Source of the DNA: a bacterium
GTDB lineage: Bacteria; Patescibacteriota; Microgenomatia; Curtissbacterales; GWA2-41-24
Length of the DNA stretch: 64,000 bases
NCBI GenBank assembly: GCA_021813945.1
Contig: JAKAJD010000002.1
Span: 241,719 to 305,718, forward strand
Direction of reading: 5' to 3'
A program made the position numbers and the translations under genes. This document shows, one piece after another, positions 36,736-47,117 of the stretch. Below the pieces are notes generated by a model that saw only the letters and a program-made list of their open reading frames with translations, did no database searches and was not told the origin of the DNA. The stretch's first letter is position 1, and every line of letters begins with the position of its first letter.

Positions 36736-37101
36736 ATGTCTAAAATCAGTCTGAGGGGAAAAGTTCAGAAAGGTAAAAACAGGGGATCAAATTTAGGCTT
36801 TCCTACAGCAAACATCAATCTTCATAAAAAAATCCAAGAAGGTATTTACATATCAACTTCAAAAATAGGATTAAAAATTTATCAATCACTTACCTTCATC
36901 GGCGCTGCCAAAACCTTCGGGGAAAGCAAAATTAGTGCCGAAACTTATTTTTTATCCAATATCGGCAACATTTACGGAAAATGGATCACGGTTTCTCTAA
37001 TTAAAAAAATAAGAAACAATCAAAAATTCAAATCAGAAAAAGAATTAATTTCCCAAATGAAAAAGGATAGGGAAGAAGCCAAAAAATACTTTAAAATATA
37101 G
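36736..37101 (+). CDS. riboflavin kinase (flavokinase domain only)
   Basis: GKVQKGKNRGSNLGFPTANI motif. Confidence 0.65.
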   Translation: MSKISLRGKVQKGKNRGSNLGFPTANINLHKKIQEGIYISTSKIGLKIYQSLTFIGAAKTFGESKISAETYFLSNIGNIYGKWITVSLIKKIRNNQKFKSEKELISQMKKDREEAKKYFKI

Positions 37102-37103
37102 CC

Positions 37104-37745
37104 ATGTTCAGTGGAATAGTCGAAAAAACTACAAACTATCAGGAAATCAAAAAAGAAAAAGGTGGAATTAGGATTTCCTTTAAAATCACCAATGGTTTCA
37201 AAGTCAAAGAAGGTGAAAGTGTAAATGTGGATGGAGTTTGCTCAACAGTCGAAAAAGTTAAAAAAGGAATTTTCAGCTTTTTCTACATGCCCGAAACTTT
37301 AAAAAAAACGACGCTATCAAAAATTTCAAAGGTTCACACATTTAATCTTGAAAGACCCCTAAGGCTGGGCAGTCTTGTCTCTGGCCATCTTGTTGCTGGC
37401 CACATCGACACAACTGCCAAAGTATCCAATATCAAAAAAGGGAAGGGATCAAATGTTATCAAATTTCAAATTTCCGAAAAATTTACAAAATACATAATTT
37501 ACAAAGGGTCAATCGCAATAAACGGTGTTAGTCTAACTGTCACAGAAGTCGGAAAAGATTTTTTCAGTGTTTCTTTAATTCCCTACACTATTTCTCACAC
37601 CAATTTAGGTCAAATCAGAATTGGTGACTCGGTAAATATCGAAATCGACCAAATCTACAAATACGTCGAAAAACTTATAAGAGGCAAGTACAGCTTAAAT
37701 AAGTCGGCTTATCCCAAAAATAAACAAAATTCCCAAAACGGTTAA
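37104..37745 (+). CDS. ribE: riboflavin synthase alpha subunit
   Basis: MFSGIVE start; two lumazine-binding repeats (GESVNVDGVCST; GSIAINGVSLT). Confidence 0.8.
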   Translation: MFSGIVEKTTNYQEIKKEKGGIRISFKITNGFKVKEGESVNVDGVCSTVEKVKKGIFSFFYMPETLKKTTLSKISKVHTFNLERPLRLGSLVSGHLVAGHIDTTAKVSNIKKGKGSNVIKFQISEKFTKYIIYKGSIAINGVSLTVTEVGKDFFSVSLIPYTISHTNLGQIRIGDSVNIEIDQIYKYVEKLIRGKYSLNKSAYPKNKQNSQNG

Positions 37746-38438
37746 TCCAATCATCCTATATGAGCTGTGTTTGCTGTGTGCTTCCGGCAGCATGTCGCTC
37801 GCCCCGATATATAGTAAAAACCCGGCGAAAAAGCCAAGATAAATAACAAGAATTTTGTCCGGTATTGTAAAAAGAAAAGTTGAAAGAACACCTGCAACAG
37901 GGGCCAAAGCGTCCAAAAAAAGTAGTTTCATTGCCTTTTCTCTTGTATTTGTATGGGTCAGCATTAAGGTAACCGTATTTAAACCATCAGAGAAATCGTG
38001 AGAAATAACGGCAATAGCAACAATTAGCCCAATTTGTTGGCTGATATGAAATCCTAGACCAATTCCGACACCGTCTAGAAAGCTGTGTATAGCAAGCCCG
38101 GATGCTCCTACGAGACCAACAACCGGATGTTTATGGATTGCGTATTCTTCCTCATGTCCGTTATGGATAAGAATCGATTTTTCCAAAATATGAAATGTCA
38201 CGAATCCAACAACTATGGCAATTGAAAGAGGCGTGAAACTTAACTTGTTTTCGGAAACGATGTTAAAAGCCTCCGGCAAAATTTCAAAGAAAGAAACCGC
38301 CAAAAGAACTCCCGCCGTAAAACTCATCACGTAATGAAGCCTATTATGGTTTTTTATGGCAAAGAGCCCACCCAACGTTGTTGAAACAAATGTTAAAAAT
38401 GAAAATAAAATTGCTTCCACTTCAGGCCATTTTTGCAA
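37695..38438 (-). CDS. ZIP-family divalent metal transporter (ZupT-like)
   Basis: HSFLDGVGIG, ISHDFSDGLN, His-rich loop. Confidence 0.7.
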   Translation of the reverse strand: MQKWPEVEAILFSFLTFVSTTLGGLFAIKNHNRLHYVMSFTAGVLLAVSFFEILPEAFNIVSENKLSFTPLSIAIVVGFVTFHILEKSILIHNGHEEEYAIHKHPVVGLVGASGLAIHSFLDGVGIGLGFHISQQIGLIVAIAVISHDFSDGLNTVTLMLTHTNTREKAMKLLFLDALAPVAGVLSTFLFTIPDKILVIYLGFFAGFLLYIGASDMLPEAHSKHSSYRMIGLTVLGILFIFGISRLI

Positions 38439-38488
38439 ATTGATAGTTTTGTGTCAAATAAAGCCCGGCTTTGATAGAATGGGGATGA

Positions 38489-38956
38489 ATGGACACTTTA
38501 ATAATTCTTGCAGCGAAGTATTTGTATTTATTGGTGATTTTAATAGCATTAGGGTGGGTATATTTTAAAGCCAAAGATAAAACTGTAAATATCGCAAAAT
38601 TAATCGTAGTTTCTTTTCCTCTAGCTTATATTTCTGCGAAGACTGCAGGACATTTTTACTACAACGCTCGGCCGTTTGTAGTAGAGAATATTAAGCCCTT
38701 AATAAGTCACGCAGCAAATAACGGCTTTCCATCGGATCATACTTTGCTTTCAATGACAATTGCATCAGTAATTTTTGTATATCACCGGAAATTGGGTATC
38801 TTTTTAGCAATACTTTCACTGGCTACAGGCTACGCAAGAATTGCAGCCAAAATTCATCACCAAATAGATGTTTTGGCAGCCGCAGTAATTGCCATAGCAG
38901 CAGTTTATATATCGGTCGTATTCTTAAAAAAACTAGGAGTAAAAATTGGCCGATAA
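38489..38956 (+). CDS. PAP2-family phosphatase (undecaprenyl-diphosphatase-like)
   Basis: KxxxxxxRP (YNARP), PSDH, SRxxxxxHxxxD (ARIAAKIHHQID). Confidence 0.6.
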   Translation: MDTLIILAAKYLYLLVILIALGWVYFKAKDKTVNIAKLIVVSFPLAYISAKTAGHFYYNARPFVVENIKPLISHAANNGFPSDHTLLSMTIASVIFVYHRKLGIFLAILSLATGYARIAAKIHHQIDVLAAAVIAIAAVYISVVFLKKLGVKIGR

Positions 38957-39668
38957 CGAAGATTTACAAAATCACTTAAGAAAAAATATTTTCTTAGTAA
39001 AAAGTGCATTAGATTGGACGGTAGAACATGCAATCTCTGCAGGCCTAAAGCCAGAAACATTCGCCTATGTTCCTAAAATCTGGGAAGACGACGCATTTTT
39101 AATAACCAAGGATAACGAAAAGTCGAGAAACATTACTGTTTCTCCTAAAACAGCCCAGGTTTTCATTCCTCTTTCCGAAATAGACAACCTCCATGATCTC
39201 CTACACGAATCAGTCCACCGTTTGGGAATCTTGCAAATAAATGTCCATGGAAACATACTTTTGCCGCAAATTGCTGAAACTTTCGACCTGCAACTCGTTT
39301 TAAAGGACAACAAAAATATAAACCCTGACTCGTTTGATTTAGTTCTCCCATCACCTGGAGATTACCAAACCGCAAAATCACGCCTCATAAACGTATACGA
39401 AAAGCTTCTTGAAGGTGTTACTGAATGGGTAGTCCAGTTTACTAATAGACTGTCACGCGAGCATGGCTATGCCTTGTTTGAAGACTTATCGCAAAAATAT
39501 TCAAAAGAAGTCGAACTTTTTGAAAAAATCAAAACAGACCTTAAACAAAAAGGCATATCAGAGAATCACGCAAATGGTCTTTTAATTGCCTTTTCGCTAA
39601 CAGGAGACTCACAAACTTTACACACCAAATTATCAGATGATTTTTTAAGGTTTTTAAACGAATTTTAA
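38946..39668 (+). CDS. hypothetical protein with HExxH motif (HESVH)
   Basis: 240 aa; single HExxH, no other recognisable features. Confidence 0.35.
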   Translation: MADNEDLQNHLRKNIFLVKSALDWTVEHAISAGLKPETFAYVPKIWEDDAFLITKDNEKSRNITVSPKTAQVFIPLSEIDNLHDLLHESVHRLGILQINVHGNILLPQIAETFDLQLVLKDNKNINPDSFDLVLPSPGDYQTAKSRLINVYEKLLEGVTEWVVQFTNRLSREHGYALFEDLSQKYSKEVELFEKIKTDLKQKGISENHANGLLIAFSLTGDSQTLHTKLSDDFLRFLNEF

Positions 39669-40189
39669 CTGGAGCTTCCAAAGAAAATTTTGTAAACAAA
39701 AGAAGTGATCGGATCAATATCCTGTCCGTGCGCAATTATTCCGCCTAAAGCTCCAAGTATCATCAAAATAATAAATCCTAAAACAGCCAAAATTACGATT
39801 ATATGTTTTTTAAAAACGATATCGTCAATAAATTTCGCAACTTTCAAAAAGATATTATTTAAAGGCCCTAATTTGTTAACGATGGAAGTGTTTTTTGCAA
39901 GAACCTCAACTAGGTAAAAAAAGCCAACAAGCCCGAAAACTATTATCGCCGATTTAGCAAACATCGAATGTACCTCAACCACTTTGCGAACGTCTTCAAA
40001 CTGATTCTGGATTATTTCGCCGCTTGCATATGCAGGTAAAAGTGAAAGAGAGCCCAAAATTGCAAATGTCCCTTTTATCCAAAAAATTATCTGGTTTTCC
40101 AGAAGTTTCCTGAATCTTAATACTTCAAAAACACAATAGACTGTTAGTAGTGCAACCGGAAAATGGACAATAAGAGGATGAAAATTCAT
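39665..40189 (-). CDS. membrane protein, hypothetical
   Basis: 174 aa, ~4 TM helices. Confidence 0.35.
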   Translation of the reverse strand: MNFHPLIVHFPVALLTVYCVFEVLRFRKLLENQIIFWIKGTFAILGSLSLLPAYASGEIIQNQFEDVRKVVEVHSMFAKSAIIVFGLVGFFYLVEVLAKNTSIVNKLGPLNNIFLKVAKFIDDIVFKKHIIVILAVLGFIILMILGALGGIIAHGQDIDPITSFVYKIFFGSSS

Positions 40190-40193
40190 TCTA

Positions 40194-40664
40194 TTAAGCT
40201 CGCTTAGACTTTAACTCCTTGGACAAACTCATAAGCATGTCAAGCTGTTTTTGCAGTTGTTTATCCTGTTCAGATAAATGCAAAAGTATTTGCTCAATAT
40301 CCTTGTAGCTGGAAATTGTCGTTTTGTATTCCTCCTCCGCCCTGACTTCGGCGTGTTTTCCCTGAAGATTTTGGCCGACCATAATAAGAGGCATTAAAAG
40401 AAGCTGAACGATATTGCCCAAAAATAATAGAAAAGCAAACGGAAAAGGATCAAAAGGCCTATTAGCAAAAAAAGTTTGCCAAAGCATCCATCCGCTCATA
40501 AATAGGATGAAAAAATAAACGGCATACATTGTGCCGATTATGTTTGTGGCATTCAACGCTATTTTGTCTTGGATGCTTAAGCTGCCCCTATGCTTTTCGT
40601 TAACATTCTCTGGTCTATGTCTGATTTTTAAATAATCTTTATAATTTGTATCCATATTTACCAA
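40194..40664 (-). CDS. DUF1003-family membrane protein
   Basis: Two TM helices followed by the (L)MPLIMVGQNLQGKHAEVRAEEEY pattern typical of DUF1003. Confidence 0.5.
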   Translation of the reverse strand: MVNMDTNYKDYLKIRHRPENVNEKHRGSLSIQDKIALNATNIIGTMYAVYFFILFMSGWMLWQTFFANRPFDPFPFAFLLFLGNIVQLLLMPLIMVGQNLQGKHAEVRAEEEYKTTISSYKDIEQILLHLSEQDKQLQKQLDMLMSLSKELKSKRA

Positions 40665-42310
40665 GAGACTCTAACGTGTTTCATTGCATAATCCATACTG
40701 CCGCCGACTTTTTTATGTGGATTAAAAATATCTTGCGGGTCGAAAATTTGTTTAGTTTCTTCGAATAATTTTACAATTTTCTCTCCAAACATTTCTTTTA
40801 GGTATGGCGTGCGGATTAATCCGTCATTGTGTTCTGCAGTTATAGACCCTTTGTACTTTATGATAATGTCATAAACCTCGTCTGCAATTTGTGGAATTAG
40901 CTCTCTCACCTTTGGGTTTGTGATATCGACAAGTGGAATTATATGGAAATTGCCATCACCTACATGACCCGCCACCGTAAAAATAAATTCCGGATGTTTT
41001 TTTAAAATATCGGTAATTTTAGGAATTACTTCTGAAATATATTCTGGTTTTATATCAAAATCATCAATAAATGGAGCAGTATGTTTATCCCTAATTTTTT
41101 TTCTAAGCAAATTAAAACTTTCCCTACGGACTAACCAATACCGTTTTTCAGCAGAGTCCTCAGCGACCTGCGTCTCCGGATGAAGAGGTTTTAACTTTTC
41201 GCGCAGTTTCCTAACCTTTCCCTCCACCTCGCTCGCATCATCGCTTGTAAAATCAACCTGAAGAACAAGTTTTGGGAGATTTCTGCCTGTGAATAAATCG
41301 AAAAAAGCCGGGAAAAACGCAAGACCCGCCTCAATCATTCCAAGTGGACCCAGCTGTTTTGCAAATTCCGGAAAATACCGCAACGCAAGCTTAAGGGTGT
41401 TGTCATCATACGACTCGAAGCTTTCCGGTTTAAGCTCTAGGACTTCGTTAATAATTTGTCCCAAATGCGACAAATCATGAAGAAAGATAATCAGCATTTC
41501 CCTGTGCTTATGGACGGGAACAAGCTCCAAATCGCCTTCCAAAAACAACCCCAAAGTCCCCTGGGCGCCTACAAAGAGTTTTGTAATATCAAAAATTTTC
41601 GACTCCTTATCGTAAACATTCCACAAATAATAACCTGCAGAATTTTTGGAAACTTCTGGTTTAGCCTTTTGCAAAATATCGTAATTCGAATCTACCAGCT
41701 CAAAGATTTTTTTATAGATTTTCCCCTCAAAATCACTCTTTTTTATTTTTGCCCTAAGTTGGCCCTCATCGAGCGCTTTCATATCGTAAGCTTTACCGTC
41801 AGAAAGCACGGCTCTTACACGCTTTACATATTTTTCGGTTTTTCCATACTGAAGGGATTTTTCTCCACCTGAATTGTTATTAAAAATTCCACCCATCGCA
41901 CAAAGTTCACGCGACGCTGGATAAGAAGGGAAAATCAAACCATGCTTGAGGGTCTCCGCTTCAAAATCACGGTAATAGACTCCGCTTTGACATGTCGCAA
42001 TATTTCCAGAAACTGTTGGAGTCTTATTGAAATATTTAGTGAAGGAAACAACTATCGAATCGCCAATAGCTCCGCCGGACATATCGGTCCCTGCGGATCT
42101 TCCTGTTAAAGAAAGTTCAGGATTATTTTTTTTGTTTTTTCCAACATAAGAAACAAGCGCTTCGACGTCTTCCTCGTCCTTTGGAAAAACAACTATTTGA
42201 GGCTTAACCTCAAACAAACTGGCGTCATGGCTGAAATTTGTCAGCGTCTCGTTATCTTCTGCAACGCCACCTTTTATTATTTTAGAAATATCCTGGGCAA
42301 GATTTGTCAT
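40658..42310 (-). CDS. FAD-linked oxidase (GlcD/D-lactate dehydrogenase family)
   Basis: PCMH-type FAD-binding N-terminus (SLTGRSAGTDMSGGA) plus C-terminal FAD-oxidase domain. Confidence 0.65.
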   Translation of the reverse strand: MTNLAQDISKIIKGGVAEDNETLTNFSHDASLFEVKPQIVVFPKDEEDVEALVSYVGKNKKNNPELSLTGRSAGTDMSGGAIGDSIVVSFTKYFNKTPTVSGNIATCQSGVYYRDFEAETLKHGLIFPSYPASRELCAMGGIFNNNSGGEKSLQYGKTEKYVKRVRAVLSDGKAYDMKALDEGQLRAKIKKSDFEGKIYKKIFELVDSNYDILQKAKPEVSKNSAGYYLWNVYDKESKIFDITKLFVGAQGTLGLFLEGDLELVPVHKHREMLIIFLHDLSHLGQIINEVLELKPESFESYDDNTLKLALRYFPEFAKQLGPLGMIEAGLAFFPAFFDLFTGRNLPKLVLQVDFTSDDASEVEGKVRKLREKLKPLHPETQVAEDSAEKRYWLVRRESFNLLRKKIRDKHTAPFIDDFDIKPEYISEVIPKITDILKKHPEFIFTVAGHVGDGNFHIIPLVDITNPKVRELIPQIADEVYDIIIKYKGSITAEHNDGLIRTPYLKEMFGEKIVKLFEETKQIFDPQDIFNPHKKVGGSMDYAMKHVRVSW

Positions 42311-43306
42311 TCAGGAAGTTTTTCTGGCGATAACTTTTTTGACAGCAGCCAAAATTGCGTTTTTGTCCATTTTGTATTTTTCTAATAGTTCTTGGGGCTT
42401 GCCAGATTCAGCAAATGTGTTTTGAAGGCCGATAAATTCAATTGGCGTTGGCTTATGTTTTGCTAAAGTTTCGGCGATTGCGCCACCAAGTCCACCCATA
42501 ACTTGATGGTCTTCGCAAGTGACCACCGCACCCGATTTTTTAACCAACCTTACAATTTCCTGCTCATCAAGCGGTTTAATAGTTGATACATTACAAACCT
42601 CCACATCAACTTTTTCCTCTTTAAGCATCTTTGCTGCCAAAAGGGCGTGATAAACCATATAACCCGTTGCAAAAATTGTTGCTACCGGTTTTTCACTTTC
42701 CCAATAAACATCAACTTTTCCCGGCACAAAAGGTGTTTTGTCTCCGGTCATAACTGCTGTTTTATCCCTAGTAAAACGGACATAAACAGGCCCATTTATT
42801 TTTGCAGCAGTCAGTGTTGCAGCTTTAGCTTGATTTGAATCACATGGAATAAAAATCGTCACATTTGGAAGGGCCCGCATAATAGCAATATCCTCAGTTG
42901 CTTGGTGTGTTGCGCCATCCGGGCCAGTAACGATTCCGGAATGGTGGCCGGCTATTTTTACATTTGCATCGTTATAGACAATAGTTGTTCTTACAGTTTC
43001 CCAGTTTTTCCCTGGCGAAAAAGTTGCGTACGATGCGATAAAAGGAATTTTTCCGGAAACCGCAAGACCGGCAGCCACTGATGCCATATTTTGCTCTGCT
43101 ACTCCGCATTGTATAAAACGATCCGGAAATTCTTTAGCGAATTTATGGCAATGTGTGGATTCGGTAAGGTCAGCAGAAAGCGCGACGATATTTCTGTCAG
43201 CTTTACCCGCCTCTAAAAGACCCTCTCCAAATCCAAGGCGAGTTGTCTGCATTTCACAATCGGAATCAAAAACCTTTTCGTTTAAATAAAGTTTTGGATT
43301 TAACAT
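42311..43306 (-). CDS. transketolase, C-terminal (pyrimidine-binding) subunit
   Basis: FIQCGVAEQNM motif, split-type transketolase. Confidence 0.85.
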   Translation of the reverse strand: MLNPKLYLNEKVFDSDCEMQTTRLGFGEGLLEAGKADRNIVALSADLTESTHCHKFAKEFPDRFIQCGVAEQNMASVAAGLAVSGKIPFIASYATFSPGKNWETVRTTIVYNDANVKIAGHHSGIVTGPDGATHQATEDIAIMRALPNVTIFIPCDSNQAKAATLTAAKINGPVYVRFTRDKTAVMTGDKTPFVPGKVDVYWESEKPVATIFATGYMVYHALLAAKMLKEEKVDVEVCNVSTIKPLDEQEIVRLVKKSGAVVTCEDHQVMGGLGGAIAETLAKHKPTPIEFIGLQNTFAESGKPQELLEKYKMDKNAILAAVKKVIARKTS

Positions 43307-43309
43307 AAA

Positions 43310-44188
43310 CTACCCGACCTCCTCCTCAATCTTTTTTAAATCAGAAAGTGCAACTTTTACTTGTTCATCTTTTGGTGGAGCGCCGGCTACATCAGCAATT
43401 CCGGGGGGATTGCCATGCCAAAGATAGTTGTTTTCCATATATGAAACTCCCTTACCTGGAATAATATGCGCAACGATTGCAGTTGGCTTATCATGCGTGG
43501 CCTGCGCTTGGGAAATAGCGTCGACGAAGGCTCTCATATTGTGTCCGTCTACCTCAATTGTTTCCCAGCCGAAAGCACGGTATTTGTCTGCCATTGGTTC
43601 AAGTGGCATAACGTTTTCCGTATCGCCATCTATTTGAATATTGTTGCGGTCTAAAACTAAAGTCAAATTATCAAGCTTGTATTTTGGAGCAAGCATTAAA
43701 GCTTCCCAAGTGTTACCCTCCTGGTGCTCGCCATCAGAAGCAACGCAGTAAATCCTATGAGCTTTCCCATCCATTTTTGCGGCGATTGCCATACCAATTG
43801 ACTGGGAAAGTCCTTCTCCAAGCGGTCCGGAAGTCGTTTCAACCCCGGGTAGGGCACTTCTGTGTGGATGCCCTTGTAATCTGGAATCTATTTTTCTAAG
43901 AGTCATCAATTCCTTTTCGGGGAAATATCCGGCAAGAGCCATCGCCGCATAGCGCACAGGGCAAATATGGCCATTTGAAAGTACAAGCCTGTCCCGGCTA
44001 TCATCGTTTGGCTTTTTAGGATCGTGTTTTAATATATGGAAATAAAAGGCAGAAAAAATATCGGCCATCCCCAAAGGGCCGGCAGAATGCCCAGATTTAG
44101 CCTCAGCCAGCATCTCAATAATTAACTGGCGTATTTTGTTAGCCTTTCTCTCAAGTTCCCTAATTTTGTCTTCCGTAAGATCAGTCAT
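43310..44188 (-). CDS. transketolase, N-terminal (TPP-binding) subunit
   Basis: GHSAGPLGMAD and GDGE...N motifs. Confidence 0.85.
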   Translation of the reverse strand: MTDLTEDKIRELERKANKIRQLIIEMLAEAKSGHSAGPLGMADIFSAFYFHILKHDPKKPNDDSRDRLVLSNGHICPVRYAAMALAGYFPEKELMTLRKIDSRLQGHPHRSALPGVETTSGPLGEGLSQSIGMAIAAKMDGKAHRIYCVASDGEHQEGNTWEALMLAPKYKLDNLTLVLDRNNIQIDGDTENVMPLEPMADKYRAFGWETIEVDGHNMRAFVDAISQAQATHDKPTAIVAHIIPGKGVSYMENNYLWHGNPPGIADVAGAPPKDEQVKVALSDLKKIEEEVG

Positions 44189-45462
44189 GCTTTAAAAACA
44201 ACCATTAAATCAGAAACGTTAGAAGGTAACCTACCTGTCAGTATAGCATCGCCGACAGACTCGAAAAAAGCAAAACTATTATTATCTTCCAAGAATTTTT
44301 GAATATCCAAACCGGCTTCTTTTGCCTTTCTGGCAGTTTCCAAATCACCAATTGCACCAGCCGCCTCGCTGTTATCCCAACCGTCTGAATCAAAAGAACA
44401 AATCACGACTCCTTGGGTGATACTAGAAAGAGCGGACAAGACTAGTTGCTGGTTTCGGCCGCCCTTACCTTTGCCGGAAACCTTAACCGATGTTTCTCCT
44501 CCAACCAAAAGGATAGTTCCGGCTTGCGTTGCTTCAATTAGACTCCTGCCGGCTACATTTGCATCATCCTGAAAACTATTAGTTGATACTATGGCTTTTT
44601 GGCCTAGTTCTTCCGCTCTTTTTTGCATTGCCAAAAGGGCAGTATCGTTACTTAAAAATAAAATGTTATCGACATTTTCAAAATACTTCTCCTCCTTTGG
44701 GCTTTCAATAAAATTAGTTTCGATAGTACCCAGCTTTTCATTTAAGTTATATTTTTTAATAACAGTTTCCGCATCTACCAATGTGGATTCGTCTTTAACC
44801 GTGGGCCCTGATGCAATAACCGAAAGATTATTTCCTGGCACATCCGAGAAGATTAAATTAACGATTTTTGCTGGATAAAATATTTGCGAAAGTCCTCCAC
44901 CTTTGACCACATCGAGATGCTTTCTGACTGCATTCATTTCCCGAATATCGGCTCCACAATGTAAAAGCGCGCTGTTAACTTGAATCATCTGATCTAAAGT
45001 CAAGTTATGTGGAGATTCCAACATAACAGAACCTCCTCCGCAAGTAACCATAATCACAAGATCCCGCTGCGAGAGATGACTCAGCTTGTCAATAATTTTT
45101 TTAGTAAATTCCAAATTTTGCGGTGACGGTAGAGGGTGAGTACCGAGGGTAAACTCTATTTTGGAAAATTTTTCATCTGTTACGTCGATTACGTATCCGC
45201 CGGTCAGCTTTTCTCCAATGACGGGTTCAATAAGCTTGCAATTCCCCGCAGCACCTTTACCGTAACCCAATAAATATACATGGTCAAAGTCCGAAAGATT
45301 GTAAGATTTACTTTGGATCTTCAAAATCCCGTTCTGAATCGAGAAATTCTGCCTAAAAATCTCATCAGGCTGAATTGAAGCAATTGCAGCCTCAACAAGC
45401 TCAAGCACTACCTTACGGTTCTCGTCTGTCGCAAGCTGCTGGTAGTTTTTAACAAAACCCAC
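44185..45462 (-). CDS. glycerate kinase-like protein (DUF4147/MOFRL family)
   Basis: Domain order and GYGKGAAG / GGETSV motifs resemble glycerate 2-kinase. Confidence 0.5.
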   Translation of the reverse strand: MGFVKNYQQLATDENRKVVLELVEAAIASIQPDEIFRQNFSIQNGILKIQSKSYNLSDFDHVYLLGYGKGAAGNCKLIEPVIGEKLTGGYVIDVTDEKFSKIEFTLGTHPLPSPQNLEFTKKIIDKLSHLSQRDLVIMVTCGGGSVMLESPHNLTLDQMIQVNSALLHCGADIREMNAVRKHLDVVKGGGLSQIFYPAKIVNLIFSDVPGNNLSVIASGPTVKDESTLVDAETVIKKYNLNEKLGTIETNFIESPKEEKYFENVDNILFLSNDTALLAMQKRAEELGQKAIVSTNSFQDDANVAGRSLIEATQAGTILLVGGETSVKVSGKGKGGRNQQLVLSALSSITQGVVICSFDSDGWDNSEAAGAIGDLETARKAKEAGLDIQKFLEDNNSFAFFESVGDAILTGRLPSNVSDLMVVFKA

Positions 45463-45471
45463 TTAATTTCA

Positions 45472-46032
45472 TTATACAGACAAAACTCCTCGATTAGTCA
45501 CCACGAAATCCATCTTTAAATCGTGAGGCTCAAAAGGAATATCCTCTAGAATTTGAAACTCAAATCCTAGTCCGATTTTCGTCGCGCTAGATTCGGAAAG
45601 CAATCTATCGTAAACTCCCTTACCATACCCGAGCCGAACAAAAGTGTTTGAAAATCCAACCCCAGGAACAATTGCCAAGTCTAAATTGCCCTCAATTTGC
45701 CCAGACTTTTTTGGCTGTTGCATTGTTCCGTACGGGCCCGAAATTAAATCGGTTTCACTGTCAAATTTAGAGCAAACCCATTTACCGTTAAAATAGGCAG
45801 GCAAATAGATTTCTTGATCCTTGCTCCTAGAGTAATCCAGAATCTTGCGTGTTTCCACCTCATTATTTATAGGAAGATACAAAAGAATACTTTTTGCATG
45901 CAAAAATTTATCGATTTTAAGCAAATTCTCAAAGATTTCTGCGCTTTTTTTAGAAATTACATCCTGCCCGAGGCCTTTTCTTTTTATAAGCAACCTTTTT
46001 CTGATTGAATCTTTAGTAATAATTTTTGACAT
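45472..46032 (-). CDS. 5-formyltetrahydrofolate cyclo-ligase
   Basis: IRKRLLIKRKGL..., GVGFSNTFVRLGYGKGVYDR motifs. Confidence 0.7.
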   Translation of the reverse strand: MSKIITKDSIRKRLLIKRKGLGQDVISKKSAEIFENLLKIDKFLHAKSILLYLPINNEVETRKILDYSRSKDQEIYLPAYFNGKWVCSKFDSETDLISGPYGTMQQPKKSGQIEGNLDLAIVPGVGFSNTFVRLGYGKGVYDRLLSESSATKIGLGFEFQILEDIPFEPHDLKMDFVVTNRGVLSV

Positions 46033-46076
46033 GGGTAAAAAAATGCTATATGAACCAAAAATTAGCTCAAGATACT

Positions 46077-46478
46077 CTACTTACTCTTTTTCAGAAGCTT
46101 ATCGGAATATTTATCAATCCCAAAATCGAATACGCAAAAAATCACGGCTACCAAAAGCACAAAAAGAACGTTCGATATGCCAAGCCCAGTCAGAACGGAT
46201 AATCTCTTGACAATCCAAATTCCAATTACAAAAGCAACAAAATCAAAAACAACCCACAATCGCCAATCTTTTACACCTATTTCTGCTTTTTCGACAGCAA
46301 CCGGAACCAAAAAGAAAACAATTGTCAAAAGAAAAGCCGAAAACACAGATGCAAGCCCTTTAGAAAGCACCGCATTTCCAAGTACCACAGAAGAACTGAA
46401 AATTTGCGATATTACAGCAAGTAAAATGCTATTCACAACCCAAACAGCCAAAAACTTAACAAGCCTTGTTTGCTCCAT
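46077..46478 (-). CDS. membrane protein, hypothetical
   Basis: 133 aa, 4 TM helices. Confidence 0.35.
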   Translation of the reverse strand: MEQTRLVKFLAVWVVNSILLAVISQIFSSSVVLGNAVLSKGLASVFSAFLLTIVFFLVPVAVEKAEIGVKDWRLWVVFDFVAFVIGIWIVKRLSVLTGLGISNVLFVLLVAVIFCVFDFGIDKYSDKLLKKSK

Positions 46479-46568
46479 ACAACCTTACAACCAAAGAATA
46501 AATCAAGCGAGAATTTAAGTCAATACGAAATTGACTTAGCCTCGAATGTATAGTAGAGTAAAGACGGC

Positions 46569-46871
46569 ATGTTAAGCCAGGAAGCCATCATTGAAAAGCT
46601 CAAAGAATGCCTTGATCCAGAATTAGGCATAAATATCGTCGACCTCGGTCTCATTTACAGCATCAATATTGAAGATTCGAACGTAGGTGTCCAAATGACT
46701 TTAACGACTCCAGGTTGCCCTTTAGATTCCTATTTCGTCAAAGACGTCACTTCCAAGCTAAAAACCATTAAAGGTGTCAAAGATGTTATGGTAGAGATGA
46801 CATTCGATCCACCTTGGAATCCCTCAAAAATGACGGAAGAATCGAAAGATCTGCTCGGCTTTGTTAATTGA
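46569..46871 (+). CDS. Fe-S cluster assembly SufT/DUF59 (MIP18-family) protein
   Basis: DPELGINIVDLGLIY...TTPGCPL motif. Confidence 0.7.
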   Translation: MLSQEAIIEKLKECLDPELGINIVDLGLIYSINIEDSNVGVQMTLTTPGCPLDSYFVKDVTSKLKTIKGVKDVMVEMTFDPPWNPSKMTEESKDLLGFVN

Positions 46872-47013
46872 TTTCCTGTCTTGCTTTAACTTGTAATGAA
46901 TAGACTTGATTTTCGGGTTTTATTCGGTTATACTTAAAATGGAAATTTGTCCCTTTAAGTAATTTTTAGGGTATTGACAAGGGCAAGATTTAGTGTCTAA
47001 TCTGGAATTAGAC

Positions 47014-47027
47014 CACAATATATTGTG
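47014..47027. promoter_or_regulatory. NrdR box-like palindrome CACAATATATTGTG upstream of nrdR-nrdJ
   Basis: Matches the acaCwAtATaTwGtgt NrdR-box consensus, ~90 nt upstream of the nrdR GTG. Confidence 0.55.
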
Positions 47028-47117
47028 CTTTTGGCAAATCTGTGAAACATTAGCCTGCAACGCCAAAAGTGTAATTTCATAACAGGGCAGCTATTTTTTA
47101 AACAAGGGGAGTGTGTT

